A stretch of DNA of 64,000 bases from an uncultured delta proteobacterium (GTDB lineage: Bacteria; Desulfobacterota; RBG-13-43-22), in assembly GCA_963790475.1 (NCBI GenBank), contig CAWBOS010000006.1, forward strand, positions 448,001 through 512,000, written 5' to 3'. A model generated the notes under the pieces. It searched no databases and had not been told where the DNA came from. It saw only the letters and a program-made list of their open reading frames with translations. Position numbers and translations under genes: made by a program. This document shows positions 1 to 10,207 of the stretch, in pieces. The first letter of the stretch is position 1, and each line of letters opens with the position of its first letter.

Positions 1-128
1 AGACAATTCGTCAGGCCTTCTAAAAGGAGACGGGAAGTCAGTTTATTAGACTTAGACAAGATTTCTTAACTTTTTGGCTTCCTTTATCGATATATTTTTT
101 TATAACATTTTTCATTTACATCATTATT

Positions 129-142
129 ATGATATAAAACAA
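129..142 (+). promoter_or_regulatory. Possible Crp/Fnr-family (Dnr/HcpR-like) binding box upstream of qNOR
   Basis: ATGATATAAAACAA resembles TTGAT-N4-ATCAA with 2 mismatches; AT-rich context makes a chance match possible. Confidence 0.3.
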
Positions 143-187
143 TATACCTTAGTGAAGCCTAAATCATAAGAAAGTGAGAGAGGCCAA

Positions 188-310
188 ATGGATATTCCAA
201 GATATGACACGTATTGCGGAATATATTGCGGCGCTTGCGAAGGTGTGACTGTACCGAGGGGTATTCCCGTCAGAGCACCAGCCAGGAAGAATCAAAAGTC
301 TGATCGATGA
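188..310 (+). pseudogene. Truncated Cys-rich protein remnant (DUF3795-like N-terminus)
   Basis: RBS-like GAGAGG then MDIPRYDTYCGIYCGACEG, stops after 40 aa. Confidence 0.4.
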
Positions 311-409
311 CCTCAGATTTGAGGACCCAACATTTGAGGATTTACCCATTTATCTTCCGACCGATTTTATGAGTAATGGTACTTGGAAAACAGCAAGGGA
401 AATTTAACG

Positions 410-2671
410 ATGAGCCAAGAAACCTTGAACCAAAAAATCTCTCCCTGGTGGCGGCGGTCCGTTATTCTGACTTTGCTTGTCTGCTTCGGCATTCAGGTCT
501 GGATCGCATGCCTGGCCTATCAAGGCGCGCCTCCCATCCCCGATCGGGTGGTCAACCAAGCCGGGGAAACCCTATTTACCGGGAATGACATCCTCTCAGG
601 ACAACAGGTATTTTTAAAGTACGGACTGATGGAAAACGGCACCATCTGGGGGCACGGGGCCTATTTGGGACCGGACTTCTCGGCGGCCTATTTACACACC
701 CTGGGTATGGACACCGGCATGATCCTGGGCCAATCTCATTTCGGACGGGCATTGGGAGACCTTCCCCTGGGCGAACAAGGGGTGATCAAATTCTGGGTCC
801 GGGAACTGCTTAAGGAAAACCGCTATGACCCCCGGACCGGGACCCTGGTGTTCCTGCCGGCCGAGGAGTTGTCCTTTCTGAAACAGGTGAACCGGTGGGC
901 CGATTACTTTGTCAATCCGGCTTTGAACGGCGGTCTGAAGGCCAAGTACATCCAGGACCCGGTCGAGCTGCGTCAACTGACAGCCTATTTTGCCTGGACC
1001 GCCTGGGCTTCCGTGGCCCGCCGTCCAGGACGGTCCTATTCCTACACCAATAATTTCCCCTATGACCCCTTGGTGGGCAATACCCCGATTCCCGCGGCTT
1101 ACCTCTGGAGTGCTTTAAGCCTGATCACACTGCTGGCAGGAACGGCGGCCATTCTCTTTGCCTTTGGTAAATTCAGCTACTTAGGCTGGAAGGAGACGCC
1201 CCAGATCAATCCGGCCCTGGTGCCCGGCAAGGCCACGGCCAGCCAGCAGGCTACCATGAAGTTTTTTGTTATCGTCACTGTGCTCTTTTTGGCCCAGACG
1301 CTGATCGGCGCCGCTGTGGGCCACAACCGGGCCGAACCGGGCAGTTTCTTCGGGCTTGACCTCTACCAGGTCTTTCCCAGCAATATTTTGCGTACCTGGC
1401 ATCTGCAATTGGCCCTTTTTTGGATCGTCACCGCTTATATCGGCGGTGGGTTGCTGCTGGCCACGGCCCTGGGTGAGGGGGAGCGCCGCAGGCAGGTTTG
1501 GGGGATCAATTTTTTGTTCTGGGCCCTGGTCTTGGTGGTCGGGGGGAGTCTTTTGGGGGAGTTCCTGGGGATCCATAATCTTTTGGGAAGACTGTGGTTC
1601 TGGTTCGGCCACCAGGGCTGGGAATATCTGGACCTGGGCCGGGGCTGGCAGGTCCTGCTGGCCCTGGGATTGGTGATCTGGGTCGTTTTGCTCTGGCGTC
1701 AGATCGGCCCGGCCTTTAACGACCCAGAGCGCCGGGAGATCTCCCTCCTGTTCATGGCGGCGGCCATGTCCATCCCTTTGTTTTATCTTCCGGCCTTTTT
1801 CTTCGGCAGCACGACCAACTACACCGTGGTGGACAACTGGCGCTTCTGGATTATCCATCTCTGGGTGGAAGGCTTTATGGAACTCTTGGTGACCGTCATG
1901 GTAGCCGTGACCTTTTTCCGCATGGGCCTGGTCTCCAGGCAGACTGCCGCCCGGGTCATTTATCTGGATGCCATTCTCTTTTTGGGCAGTGGTATCATCG
2001 GCACCGGCCACCACTGGTACTGGACCGGTCAGTCTCAGATCAATCTGGCCTTTTCCGCCTTGTTTTCAGCCATGGAGGTGCTCCCCTTAACCCTGCTGAC
2101 CCTGGATGCCTGGGATTTTGTCAAGGTGACGCGAGGAGGCAACTCCATGGACCTGTCGCATAAGTGGACCTTTTATTTTTTGATGGCTGTAGGCTTCTGG
2201 AATTTTTTGGGGGCGGGCATCTTCGGTTTTCTGATCAACCTGCCCATAATCAGCTATTTTGAGGTGGGCACCATCCTGACCCCTAACCACGCCCACAGCG
2301 CCCTCATGGGGGCCTTCGGGATGGAGGCCATGGCTTTGACAGTCATGGCCTTCCGCCAGGTACTCAAAGATGAAGCCTGGGCCCGGGTGGAAAGGTTTGT
2401 CCGGGTATCCTTCTGGGGGCTGAATGTGGGTCTGGCCCTGATGGTCCTGGGAAACCTCTTTCCCGGGGGGGTGCTGCAAATGGTCGATGTCATGCAAAAC
2501 GGCTACTGGCACGCCCGGAGCCTTGACTATGTCACCCAAGATTTTGTGCGTTTTATTGAATGGTGCCGTATGCCCGGGGACCTTATCTTTATCTTCCTGG
2601 GGGTGGTACCCATGGTCTGGGCGGCTTTGCTGACTTACCGGGAAATGGTCAAGACGTCCCGGAGTTTTTAA
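410..2671 (+). CDS. norZ: Quinol-dependent nitric oxide reductase (qNOR)
   Basis: GTIWGHGAY, RTWHLQ, HLWVEGFME, GTGHHWYW, SAMEVLPL, HAHSAL motifs; ~753 aa multi-TM protein; start taken at ATG 410. Confidence 0.95.
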   Translation: MSQETLNQKISPWWRRSVILTLLVCFGIQVWIACLAYQGAPPIPDRVVNQAGETLFTGNDILSGQQVFLKYGLMENGTIWGHGAYLGPDFSAAYLHTLGMDTGMILGQSHFGRALGDLPLGEQGVIKFWVRELLKENRYDPRTGTLVFLPAEELSFLKQVNRWADYFVNPALNGGLKAKYIQDPVELRQLTAYFAWTAWASVARRPGRSYSYTNNFPYDPLVGNTPIPAAYLWSALSLITLLAGTAAILFAFGKFSYLGWKETPQINPALVPGKATASQQATMKFFVIVTVLFLAQTLIGAAVGHNRAEPGSFFGLDLYQVFPSNILRTWHLQLALFWIVTAYIGGGLLLATALGEGERRRQVWGINFLFWALVLVVGGSLLGEFLGIHNLLGRLWFWFGHQGWEYLDLGRGWQVLLALGLVIWVVLLWRQIGPAFNDPERREISLLFMAAAMSIPLFYLPAFFFGSTTNYTVVDNWRFWIIHLWVEGFMELLVTVMVAVTFFRMGLVSRQTAARVIYLDAILFLGSGIIGTGHHWYWTGQSQINLAFSALFSAMEVLPLTLLTLDAWDFVKVTRGGNSMDLSHKWTFYFLMAVGFWNFLGAGIFGFLINLPIISYFEVGTILTPNHAHSALMGAFGMEAMALTVMAFRQVLKDEAWARVERFVRVSFWGLNVGLALMVLGNLFPGGVLQMVDVMQNGYWHARSLDYVTQDFVRFIEWCRMPGDLIFIFLGVVPMVWAALLTYREMVKTSRSF

Positions 2672-2744
2672 AAAAGACCCATTGGTCACGGCTACAGGCG
2701 GAGGTCAATGACCTTTTGGATAATCGAGAAAAGGAGTATGTCCT

Positions 2745-3377
2745 ATGAACGGCTCAAAAAGGATCTCAGCGCTTTTTATCGATATCGGAGGGGTCATCCT
2801 GGAAAACGGGTGGGACCGCAACAAACGGCGTCACGCCTCGGAAATTTTCGGGTTCGACTTGGAGGAGATGAACGAGCGTCATCATCTCACCTTTGACACC
2901 TACGAACAAGGCAAGCTCAGTCTTGACGAGTATTTGAACCGGACCATTTTTTACGAGAAACGCCCTTTTTCAAAAGAAGAAGTAAAGGCCTTTATGTTTA
3001 AAACCGGGGCCTACCCGCAAATGATCGACCTGTTCCGCAGTCTGAAAAAAGGTTGCGGAATAAAAATGGCCGTAGTCAGCAATGAAGGCCGGGAACTGAC
3101 CATCCAGCGCATCTCTGAATATTACCTAAATGAATTCATCGATTTTTTTATCTGTTCCTGCTTCGTTCACCTCAGAAAACCCGATGAAGAAATCTACCGC
3201 CTGGCTCTCGACGTGGCCCAGGTCAATCCAGCAGAGGTTATCTACATCGATGACCGGAAGATGTTCGTCGAAGTGGCTAAGAACCTGGGTATCAACGGGG
3301 TCCATCATACGGGCTATGTCTCAACCACCGGCCTACTGGCTGCCTACGGGCTTGTCGGAGGTGTCTCCCAACGGTAA
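2745..3377 (+). CDS. HAD-superfamily hydrolase (sugar-phosphate phosphatase-like)
   Basis: FIDIGGV motif I, SN, RKP, IDD motifs. Confidence 0.88.
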   Translation: MNGSKRISALFIDIGGVILENGWDRNKRRHASEIFGFDLEEMNERHHLTFDTYEQGKLSLDEYLNRTIFYEKRPFSKEEVKAFMFKTGAYPQMIDLFRSLKKGCGIKMAVVSNEGRELTIQRISEYYLNEFIDFFICSCFVHLRKPDEEIYRLALDVAQVNPAEVIYIDDRKMFVEVAKNLGINGVHHTGYVSTTGLLAAYGLVGGVSQR

Positions 3378-3406
3378 AGAGCTAAATTTGACTTTGGGAG
3401 CAGGTT

Positions 3407-3510
3407 ATGAACCCCTCCGGGAAAAAAACTCTTTTTGAATTGGAAGTTGAGGCCCTGCCCCCGATTAGACTGACTCTGACGGTGGGGCCTTTCGCGCCGT
3501 TCGAACAGGA
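3407..3510 (+). pseudogene. Possible N-terminal remnant of AlkA-like DNA glycosylase
   Basis: RBS GGAGCAGG; MNPSGKKTLFELEVEALPPIRLTLTV resembles PPFRLDLTVWALRR N-termini; frame is lost afterwards. Confidence 0.3.
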
Positions 3511-3604
3511 GACGCAAGAGATCTTCGAGCCATGGACCCTTTTGCCGTTTTGGTCTATTTCCATCTTCTTTTAATCAGGTTGGCTGATAAAGGCTTTATC
3601 CCCT

Positions 3605-4156
3605 ATGTCTAAGAACAGACAGGCTAATATCCAAAATATATTCACTATTGGCCACAGTATACGTCCCCTGGACCAGTTTTGGACTATCCTTAAATCCTTC
3701 GCCATAGATCTGGTAGTTGATGTTCGTACTATACCCCGGTCGAGACACAACCCCCAATTCAACCGGGAAACCCTGCCTGAAAGTCTCAAGCCGCAGGGGA
3801 TCGGGTACATCCATCAGTCCGGTCTGGGTGGTTTAAGGAAGACCTCCCCCGACTCACCGAATAAGGGCTGGCACAATGCCTTTTTCCGGGGCTTTGCCGA
3901 TTACATGCAAACCGGAGAATTTGAATCAAACCTGAAAGAACTCATCGAAACGGCCTCCAAGAAAACCCCGGTCCTCATGTGCGCCGAAACCCTGCCCTGG
4001 CGCTGCCACCGATCCCTCATTGCCGATGCTCTGCTGGTGCGTGGGATCCCGGTAATCCATATCTTAAAATTAGACGGCTCTCACCCCCACAAACTGACGT
4101 CCTTCGCCAGGGTTCAGGGAATGACAGTCACTTACCCGAAACCGGAGATGGAGTGA
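3605..4156 (+). CDS. DUF488 domain protein
   Basis: FTIGHS, VDVRTIPRSR, LGGLR, MCAE..WRCHR motifs. Confidence 0.9.
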   Translation: MSKNRQANIQNIFTIGHSIRPLDQFWTILKSFAIDLVVDVRTIPRSRHNPQFNRETLPESLKPQGIGYIHQSGLGGLRKTSPDSPNKGWHNAFFRGFADYMQTGEFESNLKELIETASKKTPVLMCAETLPWRCHRSLIADALLVRGIPVIHILKLDGSHPHKLTSFARVQGMTVTYPKPEME

Positions 4157-4207
4157 AAATATAGCCTTCCTCACTTAGAAATCGAGAATTCGGAAAGGCC
4201 TTTCAAA

Positions 4208-5005
4208 ATGGGTGATCAAGAAATTGGAAAGTCGAAGCCAGAGATTGTTATTCACCCGAACCGGGAGTCATTGTCGGTAGGAGTCTCATCTCAGGTGGCG
4301 CTGTTGGCGGCAGAGGCCATCTTGAAACGGAAACGTTTTTATATTGCCCTTTCAGGTGGTTCGCTGATGGAGATCATCTCCCCTCCATTAGTTACAAAAC
4401 CGTTGCGAGACGAAATCGACTGGTCGGGCTGGCATATTTTTTGGGCAGATGAGCGCTTTGTGCCGCCAACCAGTCCTGAAAGTAATTATAGCGTCGCCAA
4501 TAAACAACTATTCAGACATGTCAATATTCCTTTCAACCAGATACATCCCCTGGTCAGTACGCTCGGGGTTTCGGAAGCGGCCGAAGCTTACGAGTCCACT
4601 ATGAACAAGGTATTTCAGCCCAGGGCTGGCCGACTCCCGAGATTTGACCTGATTCTATTAGGGATCGGGGAAGACGGGCATATCGCTTCTCTTTTCCCGG
4701 GTCATCCGCTTTTGAATGAAACGAAGCGCTGGGTGGCCACTATTTTTGATGCGCCTAAACCGCCTCCGGTGCGTGTCACGCTGACCTTACCGGTGATCAA
4801 TAACGCCCGGCACATTGTCTTCGTAGCAGCCGGTGCCGGCAAGAAGGCCATATTGTCCGAAATTCTCGGACCAGGCCTTCATCGACGAAAATTGCCGGCA
4901 GAATTAGTAAACCCCAACCATGGGGATCTTCGGTGGTTTGTGGATGCCGCTTCCGTCGCAGCAGCGGATTTAGGGAAAACAAAGAATAGGGTCAGGACTC
5001 CCTGA
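4208..5005 (+). CDS. pgl: 6-phosphogluconolactonase
   Basis: ALSGGS, WADERFVP..SN, LGIGEDGHIASLFP, PKPPPVRVTLT. Confidence 0.93.
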   Translation: MGDQEIGKSKPEIVIHPNRESLSVGVSSQVALLAAEAILKRKRFYIALSGGSLMEIISPPLVTKPLRDEIDWSGWHIFWADERFVPPTSPESNYSVANKQLFRHVNIPFNQIHPLVSTLGVSEAAEAYESTMNKVFQPRAGRLPRFDLILLGIGEDGHIASLFPGHPLLNETKRWVATIFDAPKPPPVRVTLTLPVINNARHIVFVAAGAGKKAILSEILGPGLHRRKLPAELVNPNHGDLRWFVDAASVAAADLGKTKNRVRTP

Positions 5006-5282
5006 GGAAGGAATTCAGAGAAGGCCCCCTGACGGTGCCGGAACATATTTTTAGTGTTCGTCTGCAAATCCTGCTGAAGACAGGTCATGCTGCCCGGTCA
5101 AGGCCCCAATTTTGCCGTCCGCGGCCCGATCTCAAAAGTAATGGTTTTTTTGTGTAAAACTACAGGGAATACTTTATTTACTTTTGGGCCGTTTTCAGCA
5201 AAAATATTTTGTTATAGAAGTATGGAGAGATTTAACCGTGAGTCCAGGGGATACCCCGGGAAAGGGAAAACCGTACCCTTGA

Positions 5283-5432
5283 CCCATCGATGAAGCAGAC
5301 CGATTGAACCCTTAGGCCGGGGGAAAAGCCCTCCGGGAGCATGATGAGACTTGCCCGAGATCCTGAACCGGGTCTGGAGTAAAAAATAACATTGGATAGT
5401 TCAGGGACCGAGTGTGCAGCGCATAGGATGGA
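5283..5432 (+). ncRNA. 6S RNA-like structured RNA (tentative)
   Basis: 5' CCATC-G-ATG..TTGAAC can pair with 3' GTTCAG..GCAGCGCAT-AG-GATGG, as in the 6S closing stem; intergenic; short for a 6S RNA. Confidence 0.4.
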
Positions 5433-5465
5433 AACCTGACAGATCATAAAAGAAAGGAAAGGGAA

Positions 5466-6584
5466 GTGAACCGACATACGATTCCATTAGGACGCATTCT
5501 GGGTATCCCTATCGGGCTGGACTATTCCTGGTTTTTGATTTTTGTGCTGATCACCTGGACGATGGCTGTTGGCTACTATCCGGCCGAATTTAAGAACTGG
5601 CCGGCAGCCCAATATTGGATTGTGGGAGCCTTGACGGCCATCATGCTGTTTGTAAGCGTATTACTCCACGAGTTGGGACACTCAGTAGTGGCCATGCGCT
5701 ACAAAATCCCGGTCCGAAGCATCACCCTCTTTATATTCGGGGGTATCTCCCAAATGGGGACCGAACCAAGCAGGGCTCTGGCTCAATTCTGGATCTCCAT
5801 CATCGGCCCCGCTGTCAGTTTCGGTTTAGCCGCCTTCTTTTTCCTGTTGCAGCCCCTCTTCATGGATGTTGTGCCGCTCCTGGCCTTGGTCAAATATCTG
5901 GTTTATATCAACCTGGTGCTGGGCCTTTTTAATCTGATTCCAGGCTTCCCCCTGGACGGCGGGGGTGTCTTTCGGGCCATTGTCTGGGGTATTACCCGCA
6001 ACCTGCGCCGGGCCACCCTCATTGCCGCCAATTTGGGGCAAATCATCGCCTATCTCTTCATCTTCTTCGGGGTCTGGCAAATGTTTGGCGGCAATTTCAT
6101 CAACGGCCTGTGGATTGCCTTCATCGGTTGGTTCCTGGAAAGTGCCGCCAAGGGACAGGTTCAGCAACTGGCGCTCCACGATATGCTTGCCGGACATAAC
6201 GTGTCGCAGGCGATGAATCGGCAATATACTGCAATCCCGGCCGATACAACCTTGCAACGCCTGGTCGACGATCACATTTTGATGAGCGGCCGAAGAAACT
6301 TCGTGGTCAAGAAGAGTAACGAATCCGTTGGGTTGTTGACCTTGCATCAAATTAAAGAGGTCCCGCGATCTGATTGGCCGACCAGGACGGCCGCCCAAGC
6401 GATGATCCCAGCCAAGCAGATGAAACGGGTGCGTCCCGATACGGAACTATGGACAGCTCTGGAAGAGATGGACCGGGAGGGAGTCAATCAACTTCCCGTA
6501 ATGGTGGATGGGGAAACTCAGGGCATGCTCAGTCGGGAGGATATCATAAGCTATCTGCGCACCTTGAAGGAATTCGGTGCTTAA
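5466..6584 (+). CDS. Site-2 (M50) metalloprotease with CBS pair
   Basis: HELGH, NLIPGFPLDGG, C-terminal CBS repeats; GTG start after AAGGGAAG. Confidence 0.93.
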   Translation: MNRHTIPLGRILGIPIGLDYSWFLIFVLITWTMAVGYYPAEFKNWPAAQYWIVGALTAIMLFVSVLLHELGHSVVAMRYKIPVRSITLFIFGGISQMGTEPSRALAQFWISIIGPAVSFGLAAFFFLLQPLFMDVVPLLALVKYLVYINLVLGLFNLIPGFPLDGGGVFRAIVWGITRNLRRATLIAANLGQIIAYLFIFFGVWQMFGGNFINGLWIAFIGWFLESAAKGQVQQLALHDMLAGHNVSQAMNRQYTAIPADTTLQRLVDDHILMSGRRNFVVKKSNESVGLLTLHQIKEVPRSDWPTRTAAQAMIPAKQMKRVRPDTELWTALEEMDREGVNQLPVMVDGETQGMLSREDIISYLRTLKEFGA

Positions 6585-6637
6585 CCTAAGTATTGCGTGT
6601 GATGACGGCTGGCACCCAAACACGAGGAAGAGATCGG

Positions 6638-7366
6638 ATGACATCACCCGACGAAGTTGTATTCTTGTTTGATGTGGACAACACCCTGTTGGATAATGAT
6701 CGTGTGCAAGATGATCTCAAGAACCATCTTGAGGATGAGTTCGGCACTGAGAGTCGGGACCGGTACTGGGCCCTATTGGAAGGATTGCGCTGCGAACTCG
6801 GCTACACGGATTACCTCGGCGCTTTACAGCGCTACCGTCTCGAAAATCTCCACGATCCGCGATTGTTGACCATGGCTTCATTTCTGGTGGATTATCCCTT
6901 TGCCGACCGACTTTACCCCGGTGCCCTCGATGCCCTTGAGGTTGTCCGCCCTTGGGGAAAGACGGTTATCTTGTCCGATGGCGACGTAGTCTTCCAGCCG
7001 CGGAAAGTCCAACGATCGGGATTATGGAAAGCGGTTGAGGGTCGGGTGCTGATCTACATCCACAAAGAGCAGATGCTGACGGATGTCGAGCGGCACTACC
7101 CGGCCCGGTCGTACATCATGATGGATGATAAGCTGCGCATTCTTATCGCAATGAAAGAGATTTGGGGGAACAGGCTGACGACGACCTTCCTTCGGCAGGG
7201 ACGATATGCCCTCGACTATAAAAATATCTCTGCTTATCCGCCGGCTGATCTGACGATTGAGCGCATCGGCGATCTGGTCAATGATGGCTTACCCGCGTTA
7301 CTCGCCGCCTTCCAGGCTGGCAGGGGCAATAGGGGAAACCATGAAACCGACACAACGACTGGATGA
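6638..7366 (+). CDS. HAD-family hydrolase
   Basis: FDVDNTLLD, LSDGD, MMDDK motifs. Confidence 0.85.
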   Translation: MTSPDEVVFLFDVDNTLLDNDRVQDDLKNHLEDEFGTESRDRYWALLEGLRCELGYTDYLGALQRYRLENLHDPRLLTMASFLVDYPFADRLYPGALDALEVVRPWGKTVILSDGDVVFQPRKVQRSGLWKAVEGRVLIYIHKEQMLTDVERHYPARSYIMMDDKLRILIAMKEIWGNRLTTTFLRQGRYALDYKNISAYPPADLTIERIGDLVNDGLPALLAAFQAGRGNRGNHETDTTTG

Positions 7367-7555
7367 TCTCGGTCAGAGCCTTTGGCTCGACAACATTACC
7401 CGTGGGCACTGACAGAGGGGAATCTCCGCCATTATATAACCGAACTTTCGGTGACGGAGCTCACCTCGAACCCCAATTTTTGATCAGGCATTGATAATGC
7501 CAAATTCTCTATCGAGGCCATCCGCCAAAAGCTGCGGGAGGGAAAAACTCAACCA
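7341..7555 (+). pseudogene. tal: Transaldolase N-terminal remnant
   Basis: MKPTQRLDDLGQSLWLDNITR, then ELSVTELTSNP in another frame; frameshifted and truncated directly before pgi. Confidence 0.8.
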
Positions 7556-7566
7556 GGAGGAAAACG

Positions 7567-9227
7567 ATGACGACCACGAAGGCAACATCCGAGACGCGGC
7601 TACTGACGGAGAAGCCGGCCTGGAAGGCCCTTGGGGAGCATTACCGGAAGATCCGCAATGTGCATCTGCGGTCGCTCTTCGCCGATGATCCCCGACGCGG
7701 CGAGCGTTTGGCCGCCGAAGGTGCTGGCCTTTACCTGGACTACTCGAAGAATCGCATTACCGAGGAGACGATCGGGCTCCTCCTGAATCTCGCCGAGGAG
7801 TGCGGATTGCGTCAGCACATCGAGGCCATGTTTCAGGGCCAGAAGATCAATGGCACGGAGAATCGAGCCGTTCTTCACATCGCCTTGCGTGCGCCTAAGA
7901 GCGAGCAGATTCTCGTTGACGGAGTCGATGTCGTGCCCGAGGTGCACGCCGTACTTGACAGGATGGCCGCATTCTCAGACCAGGTTCGCAGCGGCCAGTG
8001 GCAGGGATACAGCGGAAAGCCCATCCGCAACGTCATTAACATCGGCATCGGCGGCTCCGATCTTGGCCCTGTCATGGCTTACGAGGCGCTAAAGCACTAC
8101 AGCAAGCCGTGACCTGACCTTCCGTTTCGTCTCCAACGCGGACGGCACCGACTTCGAAGAGGCCACACGCGACCTTGACCCCGAAGAAACGCTTTTTATC
8201 ATCTCTTCGAAGACCTTCACGACCCTCGAAACGATGACCAATGCCCACACGGCGCGGGCATGGACGCTGAAAGCGCTGCACCATGAAGAGGCTGTTGCCA
8301 GGCACTTCGTGGCCGTCTCGACCAACGCCGAAGCGGTGGCGAAGTTCGGCATCGACACCGCGAACATGTTCGGGTTCTGGGACTGGGTCGGGGGCCGCTA
8401 CTCGATGGATTCGGCCATCGGTCTTTCGACCATGATTGCCATCGGCCCCGAGAACTTTCGCGCCATGCTCGCCGGCTTCCGCTCGATGGACGAGCACTTC
8501 CGTACCGCTCCATTCGACAAGAACCTGCCGGTGATCCTGGGGTTGCTCTCGATCTGGTATAACAACTTCTTCGGCGCACAGACGGTTGCGGTCCTGCCCT
8601 ACGCGCACTATCTCAAACGCTTCCCGGCCTACCTTCAGCAATTGACCATGGAGAGCAACGGCAAGCACGTCACCCTGGATGGCGCGGTCGTTAACTATCA
8701 GACGGGACCCATCTATTGGGGCGAGCCGGGCACCAACGGCCAGCACTCCTTCTACCAGCTCATCCACCAGGGAACCAGACTGATTCCGTGCGATTTCATC
8801 GGCTTCTGCCGGACGTTGAACCCGCTCGGTCCTCATCACGACCTGCTGATGGCCAACCTGTTTGCGCAGACGGAAGCGCTGGCCTTCGGTAAGACAGAGG
8901 ACGAGGTGAGGACCGAGGGCACTCCGGACTGGCTGGTACCGCATCGGATCTGCGAAGGCAATCGTCCGACGAATACGATTCTTGCCGAGCGGCTGACACC
9001 GGAGACCCTCGGCCAGCTGGTCGCGCTTTACGAGCACAGTGTATTCACGCAAGGGGTGGTCTGGCACATTGATTCATTCGACCAGTGGGGCGTCGAGCTT
9101 GGCAAAGTGCTGGCGAAGCGGATCTTTCCTGAGATTGGAAAGTGTCGATGAACCCCCACTCCAACATGACAGCTCGACCAATGCACTCATCCGGCGCTAC
9201 CGTCGGTTCAAAGGAGGGCAATCATGA
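7567..9227 (+). pseudogene. pgi: Glucose-6-phosphate isomerase, two apparent +1 frameshifts (~8107, ~9134)
   Basis: [61 protein letters not shown]; could be sequencing errors. Confidence 0.9.
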
Positions 9228-10207
9228 AGGAGAGTCCTTTGGCCGGAAAGCCGGCTGAGCCGTCCCTGCTGGTTAACGTGCCCAAACTGATCACGGCTTA
9301 TTATACCGACCTGCCTGATCCTTCGATGCCGGCGCAACGGGTTTCCTTCGGCACCTCAGGCCATCGCGGCTCGGCCTTCCAGAAGGCTTTCAACGAATGG
9401 CATATCCTGGCTATCAGTCAGGCCATTTGCCTGTATCGCGGGCAGCAGAAGATCGATGGCCCCCTGTTTCTCGGTATGGACACCCACGCGCTTTCAGTGC
9501 CGGCCCTGGCCAGCGCCCTGGAGGTGCTGGCGGCCAATGGGGTGGAAGTCATGATAGCCGGAGAAAGAAGAATATACGCCGACCCCGGTCATATCCCATG
9601 CCATTCTCTCCTATAACCGAGGCCGCCGGACCGGATTGGCCGACGGGATTGTAATTACCCCTTCGCATAATCCGCCCCATGACGGCGGCTTCAAGTATAA
9701 TCCGCCCAACGGCGGGCCGGCGGAAGGCGCCGTCACCGACTGGATCGAGGCCAAGGCCAATGCTTTTCTCGAGAGCAGCCTTCTGGGTGTGAAAAGAATC
9801 TCTTTCGAGAAGGCCCTTCGCGCCTCTACGACGCACCGTCACGACTACCTTCAAGGCCTACATTAGCGACCTCGGCCAGGTGATCGACCTGAACGCCATT
9901 CGCGAGGCGAAGATCAGCCTGGGGGTGGATCCGCTCGGCGGCGCCGGGGTCCATTACTGGGCACCCATGGCCGAGCGTTACGGGTTGAACCTCACGGTCG
10001 TCAATGAGGCCGTCGACCCGACCTTCCGTTTTATGACGGTGGATTGGGACGGTCAGATCCGCATGGACCCATCATCATCTTACGCCATGCAGCAGGCTGA
10101 TCGGCCTCAAGGATCGCTTCGATATCGCCTTCGCCTGCGACACTGACCACGACCGGCACGGGATTGTCACCCGGAGCGCTGGACTGTTACCATCCAATCA
10201 TTACCTG
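9224..10207 (+). pseudogene. pgm: Phosphoglucomutase, three frameshifts and C-terminal half deleted
   Basis: [28 protein letters not shown] then sequence switches to acetate kinase. Confidence 0.9.

Noticed and set aside
5-45. Glutamine (glnA) riboswitch-like sequence
   Set aside because: Only loose resemblance at the window edge; closing stem not supported.
410-2671. NO dismutase (Nod) instead of qNOR
   Set aside because: Catalytic His and Glu motifs (HLWVEGFME, GHH, EVLP) are canonical for qNOR.
5395-5425. SRP RNA (TCAGG..GCAGC)
   Set aside because: Lacks the GGAA tetraloop helix between the two motifs.
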